The notes: a model not told the origin generated them from the letters alone. Counted from the stretch's first letter, positions 26,062-35,456 are shown. The stretch: 64,000 nt of DNA from Candidatus Micrarchaeaceae archaeon (GCA_050749665.1 JBOGRY010000018.1:152206-216205), one strand, 5' to 3'. Made by a program: numbers and translations.

Positions 26062-28809
26062 CTAGCATGAATATTCGGCGCTGGCATAATAAGTTCCAGT
26101 ACTGCTTACTATGAAATTCGCCGATTGGGTAGTTACGTACCTGCCTGATGGCAGATACCAAATGTAGAACGGCTTCGAGTTGGTCAAGCCGCACAGGCAG
26201 CTTGAGTCTGCAGTCACCTGTATATTGCTGCCGACTCCTACTGTACAGGTATAGCCGCTGCCCTGGGGCGATCCGCCTCCGTTATTGCCACCGGTACAGA
26301 TACCAGAGCCGCTGATGACGAATACACTTGTTATACAGTCCGGCCCCCCCGGCGGGTAGGAGGCATACTTGCTGACCCCTGTAGATACGTACAGGGTATA
26401 TGTGACTATGGTGGTGCTGCTCGTAGTCGTGGAGCTGGTCGTGCTGCTCGTCGTGGAGCTCGAGGAGCTTGCGATGGTGGTGCTGCTTGTAGTGGTAGAG
26501 CTCGTGGTGCTCGAGGAGCTTGCGATGGTGCTGCTGCTGCTTGTAGTGGAGCTTGTCGTAGTTGTTGTGGACACTGTGGTCATCACGGTGACGCCGGCGC
26601 TTGGCGAGTTGGCCGTAGTAGATGTGGTTGCGCTGTCCTTTGCCTGGAGTATGAAGTTGTAGTTGCCCAGAGCTGTGGCGCCCGACGTAGTGAAGGAATA
26701 AGACAGCGATGTCGCACCGCTGATAATCGAATATGTGCCTGAACCCGGTGTTTCCTCGAACCACTGGTATGTATATGGGCTTGTGCCTCCGGTCGCGCCG
26801 CTGTCGCTGATTGTGGAGCCGCTCCCCCTAATGACAGTGGCTGGATTCGCCGCAGGTGCAGGCACTGACAGTGCGGGGTTTACAACTATATTCGATGTAT
26901 ATCCCGTATACACCTCAGGTGAGTATGCGGAATCCGATACGGTGCCCCCGAACGTGTATGTGCACCCGACCATGCTGCCAGTTGGGGCGAAGGTGAACGA
27001 GGAACCGCTTCCAAACGAAGGCGCAGCGCAGGATGTCGGGAAGTAGGACCAGCTGTACGAATACGGGGAAGTGCCGCCTATCGGGGTTATTGTAGCGGTT
27101 ACGCTCTGCCCCTGGTCAAGATACACCTTTGTTGAAGGCGTCAGCGTATTTAGTAGCGCCGGATTGAGCACCAACATGACATTCGATGATGTTGCTGCTG
27201 CAGGGGCATGCTCGGAGTCATGCGCATACAGCTCTATGTTGTACACCCCTAATAGGAATGACGTGGATGTCTGGAATGTGCAGGTCGTTGTCTGTGCATC
27301 GGCGCACATGCTGTTGGCCTCGCTTGAAGTGTATGATCCCTGTCCCGGGGCCCCTGCAATCCATTGGTAGTAGTACGGGGAATCGCCTCCTGCAGCCCCC
27401 AAATCCAATATTGTCGCTTTCTGCCCCTGATCGACTGCCTGGTACAACGGCGTCGGGTTTGCCACTGAGAAGGCCGAGAAGAAGTCTGCAATCTCGGTAA
27501 TTGGGTTGTTGAACGAAAATGATGTGGACTGCAAGGCGCCGGAATAGCACCCGGTACCGGTGCATGTCCATTGGTTCCATGTGAATGGCGGGGCCGTGCT
27601 CTCGCCTATTGAGAATACCTGTGTGGAGTTGTACCATCCGGATCCTGGAGACACAGTGCCTCCCCCTGAAGGGCTTACTGACTGCGAGAAATAATATTGT
27701 ACGTAATAGTCGAACGGAATCGTCTCGTTCGACGTTACTATTATGTTGCCTGATGGGTTCGTGTACTTTATGCCCTGTATCACCGCATCCTGGTACATCT
27801 CCCTTATGTTAGTTGGTATGCTTACAGAATCAACAAAGCTGTACGAATGCGTTGAACCCAATGCAAAGGCGAAAGTCTTCGAAGATAATTGCGCGCATGT
27901 GTATGCTACTCCATCCACATATAATGTTGAAGGTGCACTAACGCAGTAATTGAAGTTGCGCGGAACGAACCTTACGGTGATCGGCGCGACGAACTCTATG
28001 ATCACGTTGCTTGCAAGCCCTGCATACGATGCAGTTACAAGCACGTTTCCTATGCTTGTGCCAGATATGGATCCGATGGCGTCGCCGTTGACATTGGTCA
28101 CCGTGGCGCTTGGAGCCAATTTGAACGAGATGTCATTCTCGGTGAAATTGATGGTCGCGCCCTTCAGCGGGTACCCGAGAAGCGCAACAGTAGCCGTTAG
28201 GGGATCTGCGCCCCCGTTTGCAACCTGTGTGTAGTTCTCTGCAGAGAACGTCAGCCCTGACTTTACCGATGTGAGTGGCTGTACATGCCCGACAAAATGT
28301 CCTAGATACGTCTGCTCCGTGCCTTTGCTGCAGTTGTGCGTAGCAGCATAATTGCTTGCCAATGCGCATGACGTGGCGTTAAGGTATACGGTCCCTGACA
28401 GAAGGGTGCCTACGCTTAAGTTAGAAGGTATGACTATGGTGCATATGATTGCGCCTCCGGGAAGCACGTAGTTCGGAGAGCACTGGAACACGCTGGTGTT
28501 GCCGTTGTTTACGGTTGCGTACATCTTTGGGTTCTCAAGCGCCGCATCCTGCGAATTGGTGAGGAACATCGATACCTTTGTAACCCCACTGATAGTGTTC
28601 GTGCCTAATATTATGTCGTTGCAGTAGGCTCCGTTTACGAATGTGCACGTTGTAGAAACGATGTTCGCCGGCGCCGAGAAGTAAATGTAAAGGACCGCAA
28701 CAACTATGGCTATTATTAGTATTGCCCATCCGTATGTCGAGAGGTACTCTATAGCCGACTGCCCGCGTTTTGTACCTTTTGATTTAGACACTAGAGTTTT
28801 TTTGGACAC
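26062..28809 (-). CDS. Large extracellular adhesin-like protein with an N-terminal class III (type IV pilin-like, DUF361-type) signal peptide
   Basis: GTG start sits 7 nt after SD GGAGGT. 'KGTKRGQSAIEYLSTYGWAILIIAIVVAVLYIYF' has a basic leader, a Q at the predicted -1 position and a hydrophobic helix. Three repeats carry 'GG(T/D)SPY(S/T/Y)Y(S/Q)W' (PKD/Ig-like). A roughly 60-aa Ser/Thr linker 'TTTTTSSTTSSSSTIASSSSTTSSTTTSSTT...' follows, then a Cys-containing C-terminal domain. Confidence 0.75.
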   Translation of the reverse strand: MSKKTLVSKSKGTKRGQSAIEYLSTYGWAILIIAIVVAVLYIYFSAPANIVSTTCTFVNGAYCNDIILGTNTISGVTKVSMFLTNSQDAALENPKMYATVNNGNTSVFQCSPNYVLPGGAIICTIVIPSNLSVGTLLSGTVYLNATSCALASNYAATHNCSKGTEQTYLGHFVGHVQPLTSVKSGLTFSAENYTQVANGGADPLTATVALLGYPLKGATINFTENDISFKLAPSATVTNVNGDAIGSISGTSIGNVLVTASYAGLASNVIIEFVAPITVRFVPRNFNYCVSAPSTLYVDGVAYTCAQLSSKTFAFALGSTHSYSFVDSVSIPTNIREMYQDAVIQGIKYTNPSGNIIVTSNETIPFDYYVQYYFSQSVSPSGGGTVSPGSGWYNSTQVFSIGESTAPPFTWNQWTCTGTGCYSGALQSTSFSFNNPITEIADFFSAFSVANPTPLYQAVDQGQKATILDLGAAGGDSPYYYQWIAGAPGQGSYTSSEANSMCADAQTTTCTFQTSTSFLLGVYNIELYAHDSEHAPAAATSSNVMLVLNPALLNTLTPSTKVYLDQGQSVTATITPIGGTSPYSYSWSYFPTSCAAPSFGSGSSFTFAPTGSMVGCTYTFGGTVSDSAYSPEVYTGYTSNIVVNPALSVPAPAANPATVIRGSGSTISDSGATGGTSPYTYQWFEETPGSGTYSIISGATSLSYSFTTSGATALGNYNFILQAKDSATTSTTANSPSAGVTVMTTVSTTTTTSSTTSSSSTIASSSSTTSSTTTSSTTIASSSSSTTSSTTSSTTTSSTTIVTYTLYVSTGVSKYASYPPGGPDCITSVFVISGSGICTGGNNGGGSPQGSGYTCTVGVGSNIQVTADSSCLCGLTNSKPFYIWYLPSGRYVTTQSANFIVSSTGTYYASAEYSC
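26394..26580 (-). repeat. Low-complexity imperfect tandem repeat encoding the Ser/Thr-rich linker of the adhesin-like protein
   Basis: The plus strand shows reiterated 'gtggagct(c/t)gt(c/g)gtgctgct...gcgatggtg' units. The translation on the gene strand is poly-(S/T) with a recurring 'IASSSS'. Confidence 0.7.
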
Positions 28810-28966
28810 TATGAATACCTCCTAATATTATAGACATGTATGGCAAAATATAAATACAACTAGAAATTTGCCGCGGTTCAAGGCATAGGCGGCCATTGAG
28901 GCAAATGAAAAGGACTTTAAACTAACATACCAAATAGTATATAAAGGACGTCTGGGAGGGGGTGCC

Positions 28967-30184
28967 GTGCAATCTCTTAACGATATGCTTTCTGAATCTA
29001 AAATCTTCGCCAACAGGGAGGTGCTTTCTCCGCATTTCATACCGAAGAAGCTGATATCAAGGGCCAAGGAGATAAACGGCATAGAGAGGGCCCTCGCGCC
29101 GTCGCTCAAGGGCGAGCGGGGAAGGAACCTATTCATATACGGCAAGACGGGCACCGGGAAGACATCATGTACCAAATATGTACTAGAAGAGGTCAGGGGC
29201 ATACAAAACACCAAGGCCAAGATAAGCTACATAAACTGCAAGATATACAATTCAAGATACCGGGTCCTCAACAAGATAGTCAGCGACCACATGCCTACTT
29301 ATGCAAAGAGGGGCTACGGAACGGTTGATCTATACGAGAAGCTCTCGAACTGGATAGAGGAGGACAACAAGATAATGGTTGCGATACTAGACGAGGTGGA
29401 CGTGGTAAAGGACCTCGACGACCTGATATACACGCTCACGAGGATAAACAGCGACATAAAGGCCGGCGGCGTCACAATAATAGGCATATCAAACAGGGTA
29501 TCGTTCAAGGAATCGCTTGATCCAAGAAGCCTCTCCACGCTGTATGAATCCGAGCTGGTGTTCCCCCCGTATTATGCCACCGAGCTCTACGAGATAATAA
29601 AAGACAGAACATTGGTAGGTTTCAAGGGCCATGCGATAACCGACGACATACTGCACTTCATAGCCGCAACGTCCGCAAAGGATGGCGGCGACGCAAGACT
29701 GTCATTGAAGATACTCTCAAGGGCTGGCGAGATAGCCGACGAGAAGGGATCGAACTGCGTGACCATGAAGGAAGCGGAGGAAGCATCGAGGCTGGCGGAC
29801 AACGACATAGTTTACGAGCTCATAGGCACGCTGCCTGAGCACCACAAGCTTGTCCTGTACTCTATTGCACTGTTGACCCAGAGCGGCGGCTCCTACAAGA
29901 AGCTTACGGACGGGGTTGATACCTATCTGTTCAGCGGCGAGGTATACAACAGGTACAAGAGCATAACGGAAGGCCTGCACAAGGAACCCAAGAGCGAGAG
30001 GTGGTATAGGAAGTACCTCTCAGAACTGGAGATGCAGGGGCTTGTCGCGTCGTTCGAGTCTGGCAAGGGCATAAGGGGCCACACTAAGCTGATAAAGCTC
30101 ATGTATCCTCCGGCGAAGACAAAGGAGGTACTCGAGACGGAGCTGTTTGGATACCAGTCAAAGGAGCACGTAGGCAAGCAATGA
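28967..30184 (+). CDS. cdc6: Orc1/Cdc6 replication initiator
   Basis: Walker A 'LFIYGKTGTGKTS' and Walker B 'VAILDEVD' are present, along with sensor regions and a C-terminal winged helix. The N-terminus 'IFANREVLSPHFIPKKLISRAKEI' is typical of Orc1/Cdc6. GTG start lies after SD 'GGGGGTG'. Confidence 0.9.
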   Translation: MQSLNDMLSESKIFANREVLSPHFIPKKLISRAKEINGIERALAPSLKGERGRNLFIYGKTGTGKTSCTKYVLEEVRGIQNTKAKISYINCKIYNSRYRVLNKIVSDHMPTYAKRGYGTVDLYEKLSNWIEEDNKIMVAILDEVDVVKDLDDLIYTLTRINSDIKAGGVTIIGISNRVSFKESLDPRSLSTLYESELVFPPYYATELYEIIKDRTLVGFKGHAITDDILHFIAATSAKDGGDARLSLKILSRAGEIADEKGSNCVTMKEAEEASRLADNDIVYELIGTLPEHHKLVLYSIALLTQSGGSYKKLTDGVDTYLFSGEVYNRYKSITEGLHKEPKSERWYRKYLSELEMQGLVASFESGKGIRGHTKLIKLMYPPAKTKEVLETELFGYQSKEHVGKQ

Positions 30185-30191
30185 AGGTGTT

Positions 30192-30710
30192 GTGCTGGAT
30201 TACTATGACATCGTGTTCGAGACCTGCGGCATAAGCAAGAGCCTTGAGGGCGCGCTGGGCTACAAGAAGGTGTTCATTGTCGGAAAGGACGTCAGGGTAA
30301 TAGAGGGCAAGGGCAGCGGCATAAAAGGAGGCATATTCATAGACACGGGCAAGGCAAACGTGCTAGGCATAATGAACGAATCACCTTCGGCAATCGTATT
30401 CCGGGACATGAGGATAAACAAGAAGGCCATGGAGCAGATGAACGACAAGGGGATAGCCCTTTGCATACCCATGGATACTATAACGTCATCTTACGGATTG
30501 CAAAGGTCAAGGACGCTCTACATGACAAGCAAGCTGCTGAAGCATGCGATGGACATCAGGCTCAATGTATCGTTTGTTACCCTTGCAAGATCCGAGCTGC
30601 AGCTATGCTCCTACATGCAGCTAATTGAGCTTGCGAAGCTTCTCGGCGCAAACGAGGAGCAGGCAAGAATGGGCACGAGCGAGACAAACAAATCCCTGGT
30701 GGCCAAATGA
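30192..30710 (+). CDS. rnp3: RNase P protein component 3 (Rpp30-like), shortened
   Basis: It occupies the Rpp30 slot directly upstream of Pop5 and overlaps it by 4 nt. 'GIALCIPMDTI....R...L......KLLKHA.D.....SFVTLARSE.QLCSY.QLIELAKLLG' parallels the C-terminal half of archaeal Rpp30 (VALGFSL...R...L...fltSsA...R.P.dl..l). At 172 aa it is shorter than the typical length of roughly 210-240. Confidence 0.55.
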   Translation: MLDYYDIVFETCGISKSLEGALGYKKVFIVGKDVRVIEGKGSGIKGGIFIDTGKANVLGIMNESPSAIVFRDMRINKKAMEQMNDKGIALCIPMDTITSSYGLQRSRTLYMTSKLLKHAMDIRLNVSFVTLARSELQLCSYMQLIELAKLLGANEEQARMGTSETNKSLVAK

Positions 30711-31015
30711 TCAGAGAGAAGAGAAGGTACATGCTTGTGGAAACGACAATCGATATAGCTGACGGCGCCAGGAAGGATTTCGAGAATGCGCTGTTAAAGG
30801 AACTGGTGCACAACATAGGCGAGGTAGGCTATTTCAGGACGAACCCCAAGATAATCAGGTTCCTAAGCAGCAGAAGGTTCATACTCAAGTGCAGCCTTGC
30901 GAAATACAAGGACACCACTGTGGCGCTTACGTTCATAAAAAGGGTAGGGGGCGCCTCCGCGGCGTTCTACACCCTTAATGCTTCAGGTACCATAAAGGCG
31001 CTGCTCAAGGAATAA
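30707..31015 (+). CDS. rnp2: RNase P protein component 2 (Pop5-like)
   Basis: 'REKRRYMLVE' matches the Pop5 N-terminal motif (K.RYxxFE). Its size of about 100 aa and its position before psmA fit the conserved archaeal superoperon. Confidence 0.6.
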   Translation: MIREKRRYMLVETTIDIADGARKDFENALLKELVHNIGEVGYFRTNPKIIRFLSSRRFILKCSLAKYKDTTVALTFIKRVGGASAAFYTLNASGTIKALLKE

Positions 31016-31159
31016 CCTGTCCAATGACCGTAATGGCATTAAACAAAAGGTGCAAGGAAAAGGTTATAAATGTTCTATTTCTAATATTAATCTTTGAAGG
31101 ATCGGGGTCTATTTATTCAAAATTTACCTCTATTTGATACTCTATAAATGGTGAAATTT

Positions 31160-31855
31160 ATGTATCCTAACGTACAGGCTTATGACAGGGGGGTTATGTT
31201 CAGCCCTGATGGAAGGCTATTCCAGGTAGAATATGCCAAAGAGGCGGTAAGGAGAGGGGCCACGTCAATAGGCATGGTAGCCCAGGACGGCGTGGTATTG
31301 GTCGCGCACAAGAACGTGATGGAGCCGCTTGCCGTACCTAGCACTATACAGAAAATATTCAGGGTGGATTCATACATAGGCGCAACATACAGCGGCCTTG
31401 TGTCGGACGGCCTCCATGTGATAAACATGATGAGGAACAAGACGCAGACGCACAGGATGGTATACGACGAAACGGAATCCGTCGAGACCGTCGCGCGCGA
31501 GATCTCGGAGGAAATGCAGATGGCGACGCAATACGGCGGCATAAGGCCATACGCGATATCGCTGCTCGTAGGGGGCGTTGACAAAGGGCCCAAGCTCTTC
31601 GAGATAGAGCCTGGAGCCTCGTACCTTGGGTACAAGGCCGATGCCATAGGCTCGGGGAAGAAAGTATCTGAAGACATACTCGTAAAGAGCTGGAAGGATG
31701 GCATGTCTATAGAAGATGCGATAAACCTTGGGGTAAGCATAATCAAGAAGATAAATGAAGGCAAGCTTTCGGAAAACAACGTTGACATATCAACGATAAA
31801 GAAGGACTCCGGATTTGAGATATTCCAAACGGACAGGGTAGCCAAATACCTCTAG
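31160..31855 (+). CDS. psmA: Proteasome subunit alpha
   Basis: 'YDRGVMFSPDGRLFQVEYAKEAVRRGATSIG' is the alpha-subunit signature. ATG 31160 follows SD GGTGA (31149-31153). An alternative ATG is at 31148. Confidence 0.9.
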   Translation: MYPNVQAYDRGVMFSPDGRLFQVEYAKEAVRRGATSIGMVAQDGVVLVAHKNVMEPLAVPSTIQKIFRVDSYIGATYSGLVSDGLHVINMMRNKTQTHRMVYDETESVETVAREISEEMQMATQYGGIRPYAISLLVGGVDKGPKLFEIEPGASYLGYKADAIGSGKKVSEDILVKSWKDGMSIEDAINLGVSIIKKINEGKLSENNVDISTIKKDSGFEIFQTDRVAKYL

Positions 31856-31875
31856 CCTTATTCTTCAGTGATGTA

Positions 31876-32559
31876 ATGTCATCCAAGCCGGTCATAGTGA
31901 AGCTGCACAGGAACGGGGACGAATTCGAGATATTCGTAAACCCCGACCTAGCATACGAGTACATAACCGGCAAGAGAAGCAATGCTCTTACGGTATTGGA
32001 AGTAGAGGAGGTATTCAAAGATGCAAGGAAGGGCGAGAGGCAGAGCTCCGACAAGATGACCAAGGCATTTGGGACTACCGACATATCGAAGATAGCTGAC
32101 ATTATGCTCAAGAGCGGCGAGGTGCCGATTACAACCGAACAAAGGAACAAGCTCCTCGAGGAGAAGCGCAGGCAGATCATAGAGATAATAGCGAAGAACT
32201 CCATAGACCCCCGGACCAATGCGCCGAATCCCGTCACAAGGATTGAGAACGTGATGAAGGAGGCAAAGACGTCGATAGACCCGTTCAAAAGCGCCACGGA
32301 GCAGATAGATGGCATAGTAAAGAAGATAAACATGATAATGCCGATAAAGTTCACAACAGCCAAAGTGGAGGTTACCATACCTGCCGAATACTCGAACAGG
32401 TCATACGGTACATTGAAGAAGTACGGCATAAAATCCGAGCAATGGCTGCCCAACGGCAGCTTACAGGCAACGCTCGAGTTCCCTGCAGGGCTGCAGACAG
32501 AGTTCTTCGACAGGATAAACGGCGCAACTCAGGGAAAGGCGATAGTCAAGGTTCTGTGA
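31876..32559 (+). CDS. sdo1: SBDS-family ribosome maturation protein (Sdo1)
   Basis: 'VKLHRNGDEFEIFVNPDLAYEY' matches the SBDS/FYSH N-terminal domain. The 227-aa length and superoperon position also fit. Confidence 0.8.
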   Translation: MSSKPVIVKLHRNGDEFEIFVNPDLAYEYITGKRSNALTVLEVEEVFKDARKGERQSSDKMTKAFGTTDISKIADIMLKSGEVPITTEQRNKLLEEKRRQIIEIIAKNSIDPRTNAPNPVTRIENVMKEAKTSIDPFKSATEQIDGIVKKINMIMPIKFTTAKVEVTIPAEYSNRSYGTLKKYGIKSEQWLPNGSLQATLEFPAGLQTEFFDRINGATQGKAIVKVL

Positions 32560-32563
32560 TAAG

Positions 32564-33166
32564 ATGGAAACGATAGTTACCCCGGGCGAAATAATATCGG
32601 AGAACGCATCAAAGGTGAGCAACGCCTTCATCCAAAACGGCAGGACGTACTCCAATGTCCTTGGGATATACAAGAGCGACTCAAACGAGATAATACCATT
32701 GGAAGGCGCATGGGAGCCCAGAGTTGACGACTCTGTAGTCGGCATAGTCACCGAAGTGAAGCCCAAGGTGTACATAGTGGACGTGTCCTATTTCGGCAAT
32801 GGCCTGATAATACCAGGGAAGTACGAGAATTACGAGTTCAAGATAGGCGACGTTGTCAACGCGGTAATAAATGACATAGAGGGCAAGAAGACCATAATAC
32901 TTAAGGATCCGCAGCAGCTAAAGGGCGGCAACGTGATAAACATAAGGCCGAAGAAGATACCGCGCGTCATAGGCAAGAAGAGCACAATGATAAAGCAGAT
33001 AGCCGATTCGACAGGCACCCACATAGTCGTCGGCATGAACGGCATGATATGGATAAACGGCGTCAACGCGCCGCTTGCGACAAAAGCCCTTCTCAAGATA
33101 GAGAACGAGGCCCACGTCAAGGGACTGACTGATGTTATAAAAAGATTTCTAGAAGAGGCAAAGTGA
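32564..33166 (+). CDS. rrp4: Exosome complex RNA-binding subunit Rrp4 (S1 plus KH)
   Basis: 'VTPGEIIS' is followed by the S1 segment 'PRVDDSVVGIVTEVKPKVYIVDV' and the KH segment 'IPRVIGKKSTMIKQIADSTGTHIVVGMNGMIWI'. Confidence 0.8.
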   Translation: METIVTPGEIISENASKVSNAFIQNGRTYSNVLGIYKSDSNEIIPLEGAWEPRVDDSVVGIVTEVKPKVYIVDVSYFGNGLIIPGKYENYEFKIGDVVNAVINDIEGKKTIILKDPQQLKGGNVINIRPKKIPRVIGKKSTMIKQIADSTGTHIVVGMNGMIWINGVNAPLATKALLKIENEAHVKGLTDVIKRFLEEAK

Positions 33167-33170
33167 TACA

Positions 33171-33902
33171 ATGGGAGGATCATCATTGAACAAGCCGGAA
33201 TTGATAATAAACGGCAAGAGGACCGACGGCAGGGACTTCAACGAATTGAGGAACATAAAGATAGTCGCATCGCCGTTAAAGAATGCCGACGGATCGGCAT
33301 ACATAGAATGGGGCAACAACAAGATACTCGCTGCGGTATACGGACCCAGGGAGGCAACGCCAAGGCACTTTGCGGACCCGACAAAGGCGATAATAAAGTG
33401 CAGGTACGCAATGGCTCCATTCTCCAGCCTTTCGGAGCACGGAAGGACAGGCCCTAACAGGAGGGCAACAGAGATATCCAAGGTCATAAAGGAGGTCTTC
33501 GAGAACGTTGTTATACTTACGGACTTCCCGGGGAGCCAGATAGACATATTCATAGAGGTGCTTCAGGGAGACGGCGGAACCAGGGCGGCAGGCCTGACAG
33601 CGGCATCTGTCGCATTTGCAAGCGCAGGCATACACATGAAGGATTTGCCTTATGCCGTCTCAATAGGGAGCATAGGGGACAAGCTCGCGCTCGATTTCAA
33701 CATGATCGAGGACAACTACTCAGACAGCGACATGCCGATAGCAGTAGCTCCAAGGAATAATGAGATACTTCTACTTCAGATGGACGGCGGGCTCACAAAG
33801 GAGCAGGTATCAAAGGGGCTGGACATGATATTCGAGGCAGGCAAGAAGATAAGCGAGATACAAAAGACGGCGCTCAGGGATGCATACTCCCAGAAAAAAT
33901 AG
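33171..33902 (+). CDS. rrp41: Exosome complex exonuclease Rrp41 (RNase PH domain)
   Basis: 'RTDGRDFNELRNIKI', 'ADGSAYIEWGNNKILAAVYGPRE' and 'VLQGDGGTRAAGLTAASVA' are RNase PH motifs. Confidence 0.9.
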   Translation: MGGSSLNKPELIINGKRTDGRDFNELRNIKIVASPLKNADGSAYIEWGNNKILAAVYGPREATPRHFADPTKAIIKCRYAMAPFSSLSEHGRTGPNRRATEISKVIKEVFENVVILTDFPGSQIDIFIEVLQGDGGTRAAGLTAASVAFASAGIHMKDLPYAVSIGSIGDKLALDFNMIEDNYSDSDMPIAVAPRNNEILLLQMDGGLTKEQVSKGLDMIFEAGKKISEIQKTALRDAYSQKK

Positions 33903-33911
33903 GTGCTTTAT

Positions 33912-34697
33912 ATGAACGCAATAGACATAGTTAAGTCAAGCTACATAAGGGAACTGCTCTCAAGGGGCGAGCGGGAGGATTTAAGGAAGTTCAACGATTT
34001 CCGCGACATAAGGATAGAAAGTGGCCTCATAAAGAACGCCGAAGGGTCCGCGCAGGTGGATCTCGGCGCGACAAGGGTGCTTGCCGGAGTGAAGCTGGAG
34101 CTTGCCGAGCCGATGGAAGACACGCCGGAACAGGGCAATCTTGTATGCTCGGCCGAGCTGCTGCCGCTTGCATCAGCCACATACGAGCCCGGGCCACCGA
34201 GCCCCGAAGCGATAGAGTTCGCAAGGGTAGTGGATAGGGGCATACGCGCAGGCAACTGCGTGGATCTAAAGAGCCTGCTTGAGGAAGAGGGCAAGGCATG
34301 GAGCATATACATCGACCTATACGTGCTGAACTACAACGGCAACCTGTTCGATGCCGGGGAGATTGCAGCGATGAGCGCGTTGCTCGATACATATGTGCCG
34401 AAGTACGAGGACGGCAAGGTGCTAAGGGAGGAACGCCCCAAGCGTGTTAAGATAGACAACATAGTAACATCCACAACATTCGCTAAGATAGGGAGCAACA
34501 AGGTGCTGGACCCTTCGAGGAACGAGGAGATGTCTGCCGATGCAAGGATAACGATAGCAACAGATGCACAAAACGTCAGGGCAATGCAAAAGGGCCTAAG
34601 CGGCGGCTTCTTCAAGAACGAGTTAGACGAACTCATTGACATATCATTTAATAAGCATAAAGAGCTAAAGGATATAATAAAGAAATCGCAGAAGTAG
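33912..34697 (+). CDS. rrp42: Exosome complex subunit Rrp42 (RNase PH-like, non-catalytic)
   Basis: 'REDLRKFNDFRDIRIESGLIKNAEGSAQVDLGATRVLAGV' has the RNase PH-like fold. It lies immediately after rrp41. An alternative GTG is at 33903. Confidence 0.85.
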   Translation: MNAIDIVKSSYIRELLSRGEREDLRKFNDFRDIRIESGLIKNAEGSAQVDLGATRVLAGVKLELAEPMEDTPEQGNLVCSAELLPLASATYEPGPPSPEAIEFARVVDRGIRAGNCVDLKSLLEEEGKAWSIYIDLYVLNYNGNLFDAGEIAAMSALLDTYVPKYEDGKVLREERPKRVKIDNIVTSTTFAKIGSNKVLDPSRNEEMSADARITIATDAQNVRAMQKGLSGGFFKNELDELIDISFNKHKELKDIIKKSQK

Positions 34698-34705
34698 TGA
34701 AAAAC

Positions 34706-34945
34706 ATGGCCAATGCCAGCATAAGGTACGGTGCAAGCATAAGGAAGAAGTACACCAAGATAAAGCACGAGAAGACCGCCAGGTATCACTGTGAGATGTG
34801 CGGCAAGGAGTCCGTGAAGCGCATAAGCACCGGGATATGGTGCTGCAGGCACTGCGGCACGACATATGCAGGCGGCGCATACTCGATGACAACCGCAACG
34901 GGTGCAACCGCGCGCAGGACAATAACGAACATAGCAAGAGGCTGA
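34706..34945 (+). CDS. rpl37ae: Ribosomal protein eL43 (L37Ae)
   Basis: 'IRYGASIRKK', 'YHCEMCGKESVKRISTGIWCCRHCGTTYAGGAY' (Zn ribbon plus GIW.C..C...AGGAY) are present. Confidence 0.9.
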   Translation: MANASIRYGASIRKKYTKIKHEKTARYHCEMCGKESVKRISTGIWCCRHCGTTYAGGAYSMTTATGATARRTITNIARG

Positions 34946-34949
34946 CCAT

Positions 34950-35306
34950 ATGGTGAAAATATCATATTCCCCGATAAAGGAGCTGGTGGTGCACGAGGCG
35001 GTAAAGGTAGACTTCGACGATCTCATGCGCGGCAGGATAACCCCTGCAGGCAACATGCCGTTATACTGGTGCGACGGAGTGGTGTTCAGCTTCAACTCCA
35101 TGCCCATGTCGCGCGACATAATAAGGGACTATCTCCAGGGAACAATACACTGGATGGAAGTCCACTACAGCGATATGAAGAAGTACGAGCCCGTACTGGA
35201 ACTCAACGATGAGCAGTACAAGGCAACAATACATGTGCGGGTCATAGACACCAGCAGGTCATCGCTGCACAACGAAATGATTAAATGGCTTAAAAGCAGA
35301 AAGTAA
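34950..35306 (+). CDS. Hypothetical protein in the exosome superoperon (slot usually occupied by a Brix- or Pcc1-type small factor)
   Basis: 118-aa ORF tightly packed between rpl37ae and rpoP. I could not match Brix motifs. The C-terminal 'ATIHVRVIDTSRSSLHNEMIKWLK' is only loosely Pcc1-like. Confidence 0.4.
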   Translation: MVKISYSPIKELVVHEAVKVDFDDLMRGRITPAGNMPLYWCDGVVFSFNSMPMSRDIIRDYLQGTIHWMEVHYSDMKKYEPVLELNDEQYKATIHVRVIDTSRSSLHNEMIKWLKSRK

Positions 35307-35318
35307 TATCGTGATAAT

Positions 35319-35450
35319 ATGGCATATGTTTGCGCAAAGTGCGGTAAGAAGCAGAAATCCATGGAGAGCAACGTACGGTGCAGCTACTGCGGCTCAAGGA
35401 TGATAATGAAGAGCAGGCCGAATCTTTCAAGGGAAGTCTCAACAGACTAA
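35319..35450 (+). CDS. rpoP: DNA-directed RNA polymerase subunit P (Rpo12/RpoP)
   Basis: Not in the ORF track (43 aa). 'MAYVCAKCGKKQKSMESNVRCSYCGSRMIMKSRP...' matches the RpoP pattern (Y.C.KCG.......RCPYCG.RIL.K.RP). Confidence 0.8.
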   Translation: MAYVCAKCGKKQKSMESNVRCSYCGSRMIMKSRPNLSREVSTD

Positions 35451-35456
35451 GGCGCA

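Noticed and set aside
26370-26600. Short tandem DNA repeats that could be taken for a CRISPR array or minisatellite
   Set aside because: The repeats are imperfect and have no unique spacers of regular length. They lie in frame inside the 915-aa ORF, where they encode its Ser/Thr linker.
28810-28966. Possible replication origin in the spacer upstream of orc1/cdc6
   Set aside because: The spacer is only 157 nt between divergent genes. It contains promoter and SD elements, but I found no repeated ORB or mini-ORB-like elements flanking an A/T-rich unwinding region. An origin may lie elsewhere or needs Z-curve or GC-skew analysis of the whole genome.
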